Assembly (NCBI GenBank): GCA_964187785.1
Contig: OZ076409.1
Span: forward strand, 99,822,001-99,886,000
Length of the DNA: 64,000 nt
Source: Amphiscolops sp. MND2022
Taxonomy: Eukaryota
Reading direction: 5' to 3'
In this document: positions 1 through 13,330 of the stretch, one piece after another
Layout: each line of letters starts with the position of its first letter
How positions within the stretch are numbered: position 1 is the stretch's first letter
Program-made: the position numbers and the translations under genes
Notes under the pieces: model-generated
The model's database searches: none
What the model was told of the DNA's origin: nothing
The model's input: only the letters and a program-made list of their open reading frames with translations

Positions 1-1270
1 ATAAAAGCGCAGACTAAAAACTTACCCAACTTTTATCAGAAGCACATTATTGGCATATTTTTGACGAGGCCCAAAGATAAACGAGTTATAAATGTTTTTT
101 TTGAAAAGTACTTTTTGCTCTACAGATCTGAGAATGGTAGGAATCCACGAAATCCGGTTATTCCAGACCACCAATGCTGAACCAAACATTTATGACGGGA
201 ATTAATTGAAAACAATAAAATGTTTTGGGTTTATGGCTCATAATAGCGTCAGAATTCCAAAATTCTCGCTCGAGCGAGCCTAGAAAATCATTCGAAAGGT
301 GGAGTTTCCACCAATGTTTTTGTAACGTGCAATGAACCGCTTCAAAAGAAAGGTTGAATGGTTGCTTTAATTCACTTTATTTCGTCTTAAATTCTTTCTC
401 CATCGCTTCCGTAACATTTCTAGGCTTTTGTGAAGTAAAACAAATGATTTTCAAACGGTCAAAAGAGTCCGAATATTCGTAGTGAGTCACCGATTTCTAA
501 ATGGAAGGCTATTTTGAGACAAAGAATAAAATCAAGGTCAGAAATGATAGCCTTAGCAAATACAATCATTAGAAATAAAATTTCTTTGGAAATAAATTTT
601 TCATACGAGAGTTAAAACTTCGAATAAAACTCTAGAATCAGAGGACATTTCATTTCATTGATGAGATTGGTTTTTGGAGTTCCTTACTTTTGAATGTGAA
701 AAGACATTTGTTTACTAGCGAATTGGAAAATGCTTATCATTTCAATTCCTTTTTTCAAAAATAGGCCCCTCCGGGGCTCAGTACTATTTCTGCTTTAATC
801 TTTATTTTTTTAAAACAAAAAATCATTAATAAAAGAATCATATCTGGAATACCAATACACTCCTGTTTAATCATTACTTAGAGCACAATTAATCACTGTA
901 CAAGTTTACACCGCCTTTTATTCTTCTCGGACTAAAGAAAATATAACTAAGCGTAGACGAAGTTTCGCATTCGCATTTGAATGCAGGCGAAGCTCTCAAC
1001 GAACGAATAATTAACACTCATTCGCTTCATCTCAATGACGTCAGCATACGAATGGATAATTACCACTCGCTCGTTCTATCGCACTAGAATTGAATTGTTG
1101 TCGGCAGCTTTCCCACGCTTACACTCACTGCCGAACAAAATATCTGAATTATTCAGTAGGACGAAATTTGACGACTGAAAAAAAAAAGGACCAACTTTGA
1201 GGTTACAATAACATTCCTGCTAAAGCAGAAATATTAAAAATTGATAAAAATACATGATGTATTGAACTTG

Positions 1271-1505
1271 TTTTTAGTCGGCGCTTTTTCCAAAAAAAGT
1301 ACGGATATAACGTATAACGTTGCAAAGATCGCATGTAACATTTTCAGAGTTGAGATATAACGCTTTCAAACTCCGGATATAGCGTTTTCAAAGTTCGGAT
1401 GTAACATTTTCAAAGTTCGTTTATAACGTTTTCTTGACACGTTGAAGTCCTTTTGCTGTTTTTGAGCCTTAGATATGCGCCGACTTGGGCTGTTCCCTGC
1501 TTGTT
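1271..1505 (+). mobile_element. Helentron/DINE-1-like non-autonomous element (HINE-like)
   Basis: 5' TTTTTAGTCGGCGC and 3' GCGCCGACT subterminal inverted repeats, then a short GC stem (GGGCTGTTCCC) and CTTGTT; internal ~21-bp tandem repeats; same termini recur at 5809-6267 and 42300-42763. Confidence 0.6.
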
Positions 1506-1952
1506 CTGATATTCCACTGCGAAATGGGTCTCTTCATCCATCCAAGAGTGCCTGCCCACGTTTACAGGCCATGATTCTCAATCCATGATTCATCCATGAT
1601 TAATGGGTTCGTCATGCCGGGAATCATTCCATGATCATGACAAGATATCCATGGTTCATGGATGATCATGGATGAAAAGCCATGGTTCCTTGCGTAGTCA
1701 CGGATAAAAAGCCATGCTGTCGTGAATCATTATTAACGAAAATGCAAAAACGCTCCTAATTTTTTTTGGTAAACGTGATGCACTTAAAGTCCACTAAAAT
1801 AGAGAATAAGTGAACTGAATTTAAAAGTTCCGCGTCTAAAAACTATTATTTGTCAATTCGTACCAACGTTGTTTTATATAAATGCAGCGTTATGATTCTG
1901 ATTTACCAAATTAAATTCAAAACAATCTTTGAATGTTTCACGGAGTTAATAT

Positions 1953-4231
1953 TGTCACGACCCGCTCCCGGTCGTAATTTCACTTGCTGCTCTGGCATAA
2001 CGGGATTCGGCAGAGGACGCGGACAAGGACACAGTAAATACTTTTAAACTTTGCTAAACTAATCAAATTCTACGTACAGTACTGCTAAATAAATGCAGAT
2101 AATTTTCCGGACACAGAATCCAACGTAAGCGTTACGGAATATTTTCAGAAATGATTCTAAACTAACTAAAACTTCCGGTCTAAAGATTTCACGTACACCG
2201 CCACTTTTAATTCCGGTTTTGACTTCTGAAGTTTCCATACAAATCTAAAAACTAAAACAAAAACAATTTCTAAACTGAGATAATTTCTTTCTGCTCCACA
2301 CTAAAATGAAAATATTGAGAATAATATTTAACTCCGAGATCCTAACGGAGTTCATACAATCTAAAATGAAAGAACATACATAAAGTATAGTGGAATTGTA
2401 TTCCAGTATTAAAATAGTTGTCAAATACCCACTTAAAATCACAGTCAAGTAGTTTTAAGCAAATGTTTACAACGTTATGACAGCGTCACTCGACTAAACT
2501 AGCAACCAGTATTTCTATTTTTACGGACCAATAGCGTTGCTCCTCAGCTAACTTATTTGAGCTCAAGTCGGTAAAGCCATGCTTGGTTGCCCCTAGCAAC
2601 GCCAATTGAATGAGAAAATAAGAATGAATTCGCCTACGCTCTGCGTTCTCGCTCCGCCTGCTATCGCCGCAGCCTAGCTATATCTAATTTTAATACGTCG
2701 GAGCACTTACGGAGCAATATGAGAAATCATGACTATAAAACACTAAATTGAATGAACGTTTAACATTGATCATCCTTTTTTGAATCGACGCATTTAGGTA
2801 ATGTTTTAGGATAAATGTTCATACAAAATGAACTGTACTGTAAGGCAAATTGAAGTATTAAACTGAAAACAAGAACACGGTTTACTTACGTTGTAATCAA
2901 ATTATTTAGCAAAGATTTCCTAGTTGAAGGATTTTCCCTACTACACAAAGTATATTTTTGATAACGAATATGCAACGTAAAGTCAACCCGTATCTAAAAT
3001 ATCCTTTCGTGATCTTCCAAGTTTGTGTAACTACCGTAATCATGATTTACTGTTGACGCTTGATGTTTATACCATTTTTACTAATTCTAAACAAGTCGTT
3101 GTTTGATGCTTGCACCATTTTCTACTATTTTCTAGTTAACTATTGACTGATATTTTGTGCTATCCATGAATTTGTAGGTGACAAACATTATATTATACCA
3201 GCGGAATGTCTCTGTTATAACTGTTTACGTTCCTTTTGTTAATTTGTACCACTGTAACGAAAATATACCACTGTTGCTATCATAACAAACACTCATGTGT
3301 TAATACCGCATTGGCATCGTTTGTTCTTTTCTAGCATTTAAATATTTGCTATTTCCGAATTTCTTTTTTCCGTTTCGGTTCCGTTAATATTTTTGAGTGT
3401 CATGTTTTTGCTTCGAACATTAATTTCTCAGGTTGGGAAGTGACTAATTGTTCACGCCAGCGTGCATTCGTCGAAGAAAATTTCAGCTAGACTTTTATTT
3501 TGCCGCAATTTTAAGACCCAAACAGGAAATGCATTTGCCTGACCAATAATGATTTCAACAAATGTTACGAAAGGACGACGTAACTAGGAATTTCGATACC
3601 TGATCTAGTGACGCGGGACTGAAATAATATGAAACAACTGGGTTTTTGTGTGAACAAACCCGATTTTTGTGATATCTAGGAATTTTTAGGTGAGGAACAA
3701 ATGATGCTGAAAGGGTATAAATATGTAGAAGTTACATGTAAAATCAGTTAGTTTTGTGATATTTTGCTGTTCAAACTGTTCTTTTCAAAACAGAAAATCG
3801 ATATTCTTCGAGGAATTCAATTTTGCCGAGGACTTCAACTTTTCAATCCAAAATGACAACTAGAAGCCAGAAGAGGAAAGCCGTAGCTGAATTAACCTCT
3901 GGAGATTTTGAAGTTTCTGTAACCGAGAACTCTCCGTCTGAAAACCTTGTAGCTAGTTCTAGCAAAGTCCCTAGGGTAGAGCCTGAGAGTCTAGTTGAGA
4001 TTAGAACATCTCTAAGGAAAGAAATCATGTCTGATTTAACTAAAATACTCGCAGAAAACCAAAAGGAAATGCTTAAACTAATAGCACCTTTGAATAAAAA
4101 GCAAACTGTCCGCACAGATGTTCAAGATTCTGATTCTGAAACTGAGAACGTCTCCGTAATGAGGACGTCCACACCCGTCAAAGTTCACACTGCGACTAGC
4201 TCTAAAACAACACCGGTGAATAGTCGTAACA
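1953..4231 (+). mobile_element. Solo LTR (2279 bp), probably Ty3/gypsy
   Basis: TGTCACGAC...GTCGTAACA termini (8/9 inverted match); 5-bp TSD AATAT at 1948-1952 and 4232-4236; TATAAA near 3716. Confidence 0.9.
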
Positions 4232-4287
4232 AATATTTTAGTATTTTTTCCCATATTTTGTCATTAAGTTTCGGGTTTAAAAAATAG
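3853..4287 (+). pseudogene. Gag-like N-terminal fragment encoded inside the solo LTR
   Basis: ATG at 3853 (MTTRSQKRKAV...); 126 codons inside the LTR with a coiled-coil-like stretch (LRKEIMSDLTKILAENQKEML); the frame crosses the LTR end (AAC A|) and stops in flanking DNA. Confidence 0.7.
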
Positions 4288-5808
4288 TTCCCTTCGAACG
4301 CTCCTGATTTGTGTTTGATGAAATGTATAAATTATCTCAAACTTGCAAAAACCTTCTATGTTTAACAAGACGCCCGCTAAGCACATCCGCCAACTGCACC
4401 ATGGTGACAATAATTTACAAAATGGAGTAATAAAGTGGAGATTTGGCAGAATTTGGAAAACGCAACAGAAATTATGATTTCCCTCCCCCATTGAAAGTGG
4501 GCGGAAAATAACAAAACTTGTACCTCGTTGTCATTGATCTTCATGGATGAATCATGGATTCTCATCAGAGCCATGATCTTTGATGACTTGCCATGATTCG
4601 AATCTAATGAAAAACACCACGGATGATTAGCTATTGTTTGAGTATAAAGTCTTGAAAAGCCATGATAATGGATGAAAAACGGAGAATAAGTCGGGATCGT
4701 CAGCCTTTCTTTTCATTCTTTCTGATGCATGGTGTCTTCGGTAAAAAACGCCCAGTGAGTACTGGGATAGTCTCCGCCCTGAGCTATTTCGCCACGACAT
4801 ATTCTTTAGGTTTGAGCGTAGTCAATGAACAACGAATTTCGAGAAAAAGTTTGAGCTTTTTTAGTTCATTTTCTCGTACTTTTTTGGAAAGAAAATTGAT
4901 ATTTCTTCATACAACAGTATGGTATATAGCAAAATATCAAGTTTCTTATTGGAGCAAGTAGCTAATTGTTCTGTTGTTGAACTCTCTGTATATTCATCTC
5001 GTCAAAAAAAGTCAAAAGCAGTCAAACTTTGAAAAAAAATGAAGCCATAAACTTTAGTCTTTGTACAAAACTATGTTTCTTCGTGTACTATTTTAAACAG
5101 TATCCGGAAAGAAAAAAGGACCAAAATGGGCCAAAATTTATCAACATGTATAAAAACTTGTTCGTTTGACATAGAGATGTTAGCTACGTTTGGGTCTGGA
5201 AGTTTTGTTGTTTTGGAATAGTCGAGGGAAAACTTATTTCGATTTTCTATGGGCCTCTTGTGGGAAACGTTATTTGATATCAAATATTTGACAATCGAAT
5301 AAATACTTCGCATACTTTTCGAAAAATGGGATTATCAGCAGCAGCAGCACTTAGAAATTGAATGCCTTTGTTAGTGAAGAATAGTAAAAATTCAGAGGAC
5401 AAACTATTATGAGACTCTATTCGATTTATATAATTAGTCTCAAGTACCTGTTAACATTTTACCATACTACGCTACTATTCTTATTCAGTACAGATTGATC
5501 AGAGATAAAATACAGTCCTGTTACGATAACTAATTTTCATACTCTGAAGTTACAACAGTTAGGATGTATTGAATGCTACTGTTAAAGGTTTTATGGATCA
5601 TTTGAATTGAAAACAGAACGTTTCTGACCAGAAAAATTACTTTGCCATTTGACAACATCTTTCTCACGTGATTCAAAGTAATATGGCTGCCTTTAAGTCC
5701 ACTTAATTTAATCCACGCTGGAGATGACCATACTCAGAAATCTATGAAGTCACTGAAGTTGATTTGCATGAAAATATCAATAAAATTGATAAAATCTCAG
5801 CTGTGATT

Positions 5809-6267
5809 AAACAAGCCGGGACCGGCCCATGTCGGCGCCATATCTAAATATATGATATGCAAAAATAGCAAAAAGACTTCAAAATGTCAAAGTATTTGTG
5901 AATTGGGGACCCTTATATCAAAAAGATATTATCTTTGAAAAAGTTTCACAACGCCGAAAAAAACTGAAAAGGGGACCCTTTGGGATATTTCCACTTCCAT
6001 TCTGTCGCAAAACTCCGAGAAAAATTGAAAAAAAGTCTCGCAATGCCGAAAAAACACTGAAAGAGGGAGGGACCCTTTGGTGTCGTCCGGTATTGCAAGT
6101 TATGCGGGAAACCTTTTTGGTTCAGTTCCTTGGGCCAACGGGTACAATTTGGCGTCTTCTTAAAATTTTGTAGAACTTTTGGAGTTAGAACTATTTAAAT
6201 TAAAAAACACTGACGAAAAGCCATGACTATAGTCGACTCTTTTCCCTAGAAAAGCGCCGACTAAAAA
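5809..6267 (-). mobile_element. HINE-like element inserted into an older dispersed repeat
   Basis: ACAAGCCGGGACCGGCCC..GTCGGCGCCATATCTA at the left end and AAAAGCGCCGACTAAAAA at the right end; internal GGGGACCCTT repeats; the host repeat resumes on both sides. Confidence 0.6.
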
Positions 6268-6758
6268 CAGTTTCTGATGAAACCTGCAAAAGTTGGTGGC
6301 TCAGAATTGCCGCCAACTTTAGGATGCATCTTTCAGGCGCTTGATAAAATTCAGTTGAAACTGTGAAATTTCAATGCATATAAACTAGAAGAACATGATA
6401 AACTAGCTTGGCAGCCTACAAAAAGTTGTAAAAAGTTACAGCAGTTTCAACCAGTGCATGTTTAAAGCGTTGCATCGTTATAAAATACGCATTAGGACAC
6501 ATTAGAACCAAAGGACAGTTTTTCGTCTGCTATATTGACACTTCAAATAATCCCCATATTTTCTTTTCTACACATTGTCTTGGAAAATAATCTTCCCTTG
6601 AATTGTTTTCATCTGATTTTTGTTTGATCATACAAAAATTTCGACATCTGCTATCAAATATTTTAAAAAGCAGCTGCAGATTTTTCTCTCAATTTTCAAC
6701 ACATGTAGCTGAAAGCTCAATCAACTCGCATAATTGAAGAACAATAATATATCAGACT

Positions 6759-7587
6759 GGCTCTTTTCTGTCCCCCCCCACCACCAAAATTTTTGAAAGT
6801 AATGTTCCATAAAAGCTTTACACTAGCTTAATTAAAAGTGAAACCTTCTTTCATAACGGGAAGTTAACTTCTATCAGAACAGTTTTTTGCTAGAACAAAA
6901 CATTGTTCACACATTTTGACTAATTATGTTCGTATTAAGTGTTTAATGATGACTCAAAACAGGATGCTGTTGATTTTTTTTCAGCAAGAGAGCATGACCA
7001 CATAGGGAAAAAGTGTGAACAAAGTTTATATCTCAATTCTAAACTGCCACCCTGAAAATAAATTTTAAATTGAAGCTTTCTGGTTTGTATTCAAGTCTTT
7101 TTGTTATCGGATTTTCAATAATTTGGCTCTTTTCTGTTTTCCACCCCACCACCAAAATTTTTTTGGAAAATTGATGAAAATATTGTAACAAATAGATTTG
7201 AATACAAACCAGAAAGCTTCAGTTTTAAACTTATTCTCAAAGTGATAGTTTAGAATTGAGATACAAACTTTGTTCACACTTTTTCCTTAAGTAGTCACGC
7301 ATTTTTGATGAAGAAATCAACAGCTTCCTGTTTTAAGTCATCAATAGACAGACATTTAATAAGACTATAATTATAGACAAAATGCGTGAACAATGTTTTG
7401 TTCAAGCGGAAAACTACTCTAATAGAAGTTAACTTCCTGTTATGAAAAAAGGTTTTACTTTTAATTAGGATAGTCTAAAGTTTTTAAGGAAAGTTATTTT
7501 CAAAAATTTTGTTGGTGGGGGGGAACAGAAAAGAACCAATAATTTTCCAAAACAAAATTTGGTGGTGGGGAAAAACAGAAAAGAGCC
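6759..7587. mobile_element. Foldback/MITE-type non-autonomous DNA transposon
   Basis: GGCTCTTTTCTGT...ACAGAAAAGAGCC termini; 8-bp TSD ATCAGACT (6751-6758, 7588-7595); ~365-bp diverged inverted arms (6759-7124 vs ~7168-7537). Confidence 0.85.
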
Positions 7588-10500
7588 ATCAGACTCAATT
7601 TTTAAGGTGACTAAGATGCTTTTCAAACCAAAAGCAGACAAAAAAATGATTTATTAAAGTCTTTATTAAAGGTCAGCATGGCCTTTTTAGTTTGATTAAC
7701 TAAAAATTCCTCTAAAAAGTTTCACAATTTCTGACAAAATAACGCATTACGTTCTTGACTTTTGCCAACAATATCTCAGAAATATAAAACTAAGTTACTT
7801 GCAACAGGAGAAAATTGTGACTAACCTTTGAGAAAAGGTTGATATAATAGAACATTGCATTTTTTTAAAGTTAAAACTGCTTAAGGAAAATTAGAATTAA
7901 GAAAACCTTTTCTGATTCAAGGTTTAATCGCCAATTAATTGTTTAATTTCACCTGACGTTATAATAATTCAATTGGTTTCAAACCTTTGTGTGATTGAAT
8001 CATATCAGAATTGCATTGAATGTTGACACCTTAATATTGTAAAAAATAACAATCAGGGTCAGAATTTTGTTATTTTATTTACCTTGCGAGAGAGAAAATG
8101 TAGGAAAATAGGGAAATTCAGAAAGTATATGGCCTTGTATAAGTATAGCACGCGGCTACAGCAGACGATGTTGGGTAAATTTATTTATAATTTTTTTTAT
8201 AAACTTGCTGTTGTTGTTGATGATGATGTTATAATTTTGCGCGTGTTGGGGCAACTGGACTTTTTGTGCGGCTGTCTTGCAACAATGTTTTTTTAATAAA
8301 AAATAAATTGGTGTTGCGTGTCCAAATATGGTCACGTGACCTGAGAAGGACTATATTGTGGTCATGAGGGTATCCATTATGGAAAGGGGTCCAATGGAGA
8401 CAGGTATTAATGGATTTGGTGGCAGCACGACTCATTTTAATTGAGTTTTCTTCTCCCTGCTAACGCCAACTGCTAACGCCAACACCAGACAATAATAACT
8501 CCAATAGCTAACCCCTCTTGGGGGGGGGGGGGTGTTGTAGGGAAAATGGTGGGGGGGGGGGTTATATGGGTTGAAGTGATTGCCCTAGATTCCCAAAATA
8601 TTCCCTTAATATTGCCGTAATATTTCGGAAATGTTCCCAAAACATCCCCGATAACCCGGCCGCAAAACCCGGATTTGAAAGAAAGCGATTAAGACGGAGA
8701 ATAAGGCGGACGAACGCAGACTCTGTTTATTTTTCACTACTCTTTTTGAATTTCCTTGATTTTTTCACCATCAAATGGTCGGTACGGTGTAAAAATTGTT
8801 TAGAAATGGTATGTTTTTGTTCTGGTGGAATCTTGGTATGTACACCTTAGACTGGGAAAAGGGTATTATGCATTAGTGGCCACATTTCATACCTTTCTCC
8901 CCTTCCTTTATTCCCAAGAAAATATAAAATGGTAAGTCGGACCTTGGCGTGGAAACAGGACGTTGGTTGATTGATGGTGATTTTAATAATCATCACAAAC
9001 ATATTTCATTACTCGCACACCAATGCAATATTGCCAACAGTGCACCTTTACAACAAAATGGTTGCGACAACAAAATTATTGCGACCACGTGTGTTCTGTC
9101 TCATTGCGACATAAAGGAGTATGCCCCTATGGATACAGGTGCACAAATCGCTTTCTTCTCCAGCGGAAAAATTTTAATGAACATCGATGGAAAAAAGTGG
9201 AAAACTGAATTCTTTTTGAGCATTCAGTGTTGTGTGTGTTATTGAAGAATCCCTAGAAATGTCAATTTGAGCCCAACTAATCAATATGCATGTTATTTTT
9301 TGATGTCCAGTCTACAGAGATTTACCTCACTGATAATTGCACAAAGTTATAAAGTGCGCTACCATGAAAAATGGTTTTTTATTTATATGCAATTTGTATA
9401 TTCAAAGCAAATGGAAAAAACTTTTTATTGCATACTGTTGTTGACATTGCTTGAACTTTTTGCATGTTCTTTAAAGTTGCTACCAACTTTTATTATGAAT
9501 CTAAAATTCTTCCCGAAACGTATATGTGAAAATGTTTCCCTGTAGTATGCGACTTTTATCAAGCAGCTTGAACGAACCGTCCTAAAATTGGTGACAATTT
9601 TGAACCTTGAAGTTTTGCAGGTTTGCCTAAGAAAGGGTTCTATTTTTAGACGCATGCAGATGTTATTATTTTCACTTTCATTTCATTGCAAATCGATTTC
9701 CTTCACAATATAGACAACAAACTAGCGTCATTTTTGTGTGCCATTTGAGAAACGGTGATCACAAAAAATGAGTAGTTCAGGAATCAATCTGTGAATACAA
9801 CGAGATCGCGTCAGTAACGAAGTGGTGAATAATTTAGATTTCAATTCCAATACTGCAAACTGCAGTGTAATTACAAAAGATTTACCACTGGAAGTTTTTT
9901 GATTTTTGTGTTTTTCATTTTAACCAAAGTATGGGTTTTCAAGACGCAATTGCTAAGATCCTTCTAGAAAGTCATTTCTGCGCTCAATTTACTTGAAAAA
10001 AACTTCGAAAAACTTCTGTTTTTAGTCGGAGAAAAATCAGGCTTAAAGTGGCTACATTTTCTTCCTCCCGTAGCTCTAAGAATATTAATTCGGCTAAATT
10101 GTATTCTTGACTTTTCAAACGTTTTTGGCTTGAAAAATAGGTTTTGCAAAATTGAAGGGTTTTTTGGGTACTTCTGCACTATGAGACTTTTTCCGGATTT
10201 AAAAAAAATGACATGTTTTTCAAAAAAGAAGAATTTTGTAATGTTTCTAGTTAGGTGCGACTTTCCTGGGACAAAATCATTTAATCAATTGATGCACATC
10301 AAGTTTCATCAATGTTTTCGAAGGTATTTCGAAGTCAAGGTTTTCAGATTTCACCAGCTAAAAGTGACAATTTCTGAAATTATGTTTTTACAGAATCCTC
10401 CCTATGTTACGAGAATCACAACTCTTGCAAAATTATTACAAGAATTCTTGAAAGATCTTGCAAGAAAAAGCATTTTCAGAAATAATCTCTTGATCAGTTT

Positions 10501-12926
10501 TTCTGCTCAGAATGTAGCAAAAAAATGCATGAATTTTACAAATTTCTTACAAAAATTGCATTTCCTGCCTCAAAACAAATTTAACGGCTGGGAAAAAAAC
10601 GACCTGAACGCGAAAAAGGATACAAATGTCCCACCACATTAAAGTTTAGCATTTCTAGAGGAAAAGCTTTTCCTTCGTATACAGAAGCCTTTCCCAGAGT
10701 ATCCAGATCTTAAATCATCGGATTATTTTGGTGATTCTAGTTATTAAAGTGAAAGAATTTTTGATTATTTTAGATCTTTTTCACTTCAAATTCCCTTGTC
10801 TCAAGTTTAGATAATTTCTCGAAGAAACACTTTTTCTCTCTGAAATCACGATCTAAAACAGCTGTAGAAAAAAACTGATAAAAAATCGATTGCGTCAAAC
10901 ATAATAAATCACATACATCAAAAAATGTCCATCAAAGTATTTTCAATTCAAAGTATTTCACGGAGGTCAATTGAAGTTAGACTCAAAATTGAATTGTGGA
11001 ACATTTTTCACGAGCCACAAAGTCACAAAACAGGCTGATATCTTCGAATAATGTTTTGTTGTTGTAATCATACACTATGAAGATTTCATGAAACTACCTA
11101 ATGAAGCTAATGAAACTACAGATTGATGAAACGTAGAGACAAAAACTGAATCATGATTGCGACCATCAATTATTGTGACAATTCTTCATTGCAACACATA
11201 TTGCAACTATCAAAAAACTGTTCCCTACAAAAACTGTTACCTAAATTTTTTCAGAACCTTGCTTCAATAAGTCACCACAATGACAAATGTCCACTTATCC
11301 TTGCTACAAAAAAAGGAAAATTTCTGCGGAAAATTGATATTTGATTTTTTTTCATATCTTTTCTTTCACACGTTCTATTTTTTCTTTCAGACTTGTTCAA
11401 CATTGAGACACGTGGCAATTTTCGTACGAGAGCAGCCCGCTATCAATTGGAACTGCTTTCTATGAAACAAGAAATTGTCTTACATTTTCATCGCTCACAA
11501 ATACTTCTATAGTATTCTGTTATAGGGGCTAGCCGAAAAACATGACCTTAAAGAAAGCGTTTCGATTTTTATTTTCAGAAAAAAAGCTGTTTTGAATAGC
11601 TGAGAGTCTTCTCACGTCAATCATTGAAGACGGCGATTTGCAGCTCCCATTCAATTTTTTTGATTGAATTCGAAATTTTTTATACCCTTCGCGAAAACCT
11701 CCAAAAAAACTCAAGAATTCGTGCAGTTAAGATGAGAATTAAAAAACGATGAAATTTAAATCTATTGCAGTTAATGTTGGACAAATTAGTTTTGTACCGT
11801 TAATTCTTTCATGCTTGTGAAGCGCTGTATCTTCCACTCAAAAAAGGATGCAACCAAGAAGCAACAAGGTGAACCAAAAATGTTTCGACTTCTCAAAAGG
11901 CCAATTGTTTTTCAACAAAGATTTCAAAACAACTTGAACGCTGAAACTTGGCTTGTCATTCATTCAATTTGACATCGTTTCATTCACATATCGGCAGCGA
12001 AAGAACGTTCACATATCCGACGCAAACAAAGTGACTGGTAAAGAAGTCTAGACTTTCTCTGAATATTTGAAACATGCTCAGTCGAAGAATTGATAACGTA
12101 ATGAGAGTTTCTTTTGAATGCTTGAAAGAGGAAGTTTCTGAGTAGGAGTGGAGGCTTTAACCCTAAATGGACGATAATACGATTTCGAACCAGTTAGTTT
12201 CTGCAACCTTGTGAAGGCTGGCTGTATGGTAAAGAAAACTCTTAAATGAGATTTTGAGGCGATATTACATAGCATTGCACGCCTTTTCACCGAATAGTGA
12301 CTTGATGTCCCCGAAATCAAGAAAACGTACCAAAAAATCAAAAAATGAACGCAGATTTTCCGTTTTTTTCTGGTTTTCTTGTGTGGCCACTTCATCACAT
12401 TGGGATCAAGATTTGGTCGAAATGACCCTAGCATGTTTTGAAACTTGCTGGAATGCAGTCAGAGACACGAGGCATGTAAACATTTTGCGCAAAGTCCGGA
12501 GCATGTGCGGTGAGCAAATGCAGTAAGTTATTTTTACTTAGTGGTTTCGTTGAATCCAGGAAAACGTTCGATCACGCTGCGCTTACAACAGTGCAATTCT
12601 AGAGCTAACTCTTTTTTCTTTTTAAGAAGTTTTTTTCTGATTTATGTTGTTTTGTTGCCCTAGTCGGGATTGCTTGAACTTTTTACATGCTGCAAGGAAA
12701 AATGCGGGCTAATTTTTTTTTACAAAACATGGAAAATTCCGGAAGTCTGCATGGAAACATTTTGTAGAATTACAATGCAGCTTCCACTATTTCAAATAAA
12801 ACTGAAAATATTTCCACTTTTTCATCACCGCGATCACTTTGTTTTCACGCGTAAGCTTCTCAAGTAAGTATCTTATGTAATCACCGTTAGTCAAATAGCA
12901 CGCTGAATATGACGCTACTTTGAAAC

Positions 12927-13330
12927 GGTGGGGTGTCACGAAGCAGAATATTCACTAAGCCGAAAAAACAAAAGTATTCACTAAGCCGAAAAAATGAAAG
13001 TATTCCTTAAGTCGAAAATTACTTAGCATATTTGTTGTATGGCTCGAGCCATACAACAAATATGCTAAGTAATTTTCGACTTGGTGAATACCGATCGGTT
13101 GCTTCGGTTCTTCGCCAAGTAGCAACATTGAGGCATGGCCATATGTCAACATATCTGACTAAGGGATGTTGACAATTTTATTTTTTTAAATCTTTGAACG
13201 GACTTCGCTCCGGTCCACCCGCGTCAGCCAATCAGATTGCAAGGAATTATACAGTGCTACGCATTTTTCAGCTTAGTTAATACTTTCGTTTTTTTCGGCT
13301 TAGTGAGTATTCTGCTTCGTGGGAAGCCCT
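12927..13330. mobile_element. MITE with 9-bp TSD (Mutator-like by TSD length)
   Basis: TSD CTTTGAAAC (12918-12926, 13331-13339); inverted repeats CACGAAGCAGAATAyTCACTAAGCCGAAAAAA; interrupts a repeat that is continuous at ~40060 on the minus strand. Confidence 0.8.
13009..13082. repeat. Perfect 74-bp palindrome with no loop
   Basis: AAGTCGAAAATTACTTAGCATATTTGTTGTATGGCTC|GAGCCATACAACAAATATGCTAAGTAATTTTCGACTT. Confidence 0.95.

Noticed and set aside
10130..12530. 170-aa and 118-aa ORFs in AT-rich DNA
   Set aside because: TTG starts or F/K/L-biased composition, overlap with repeats, and no domain evidence.
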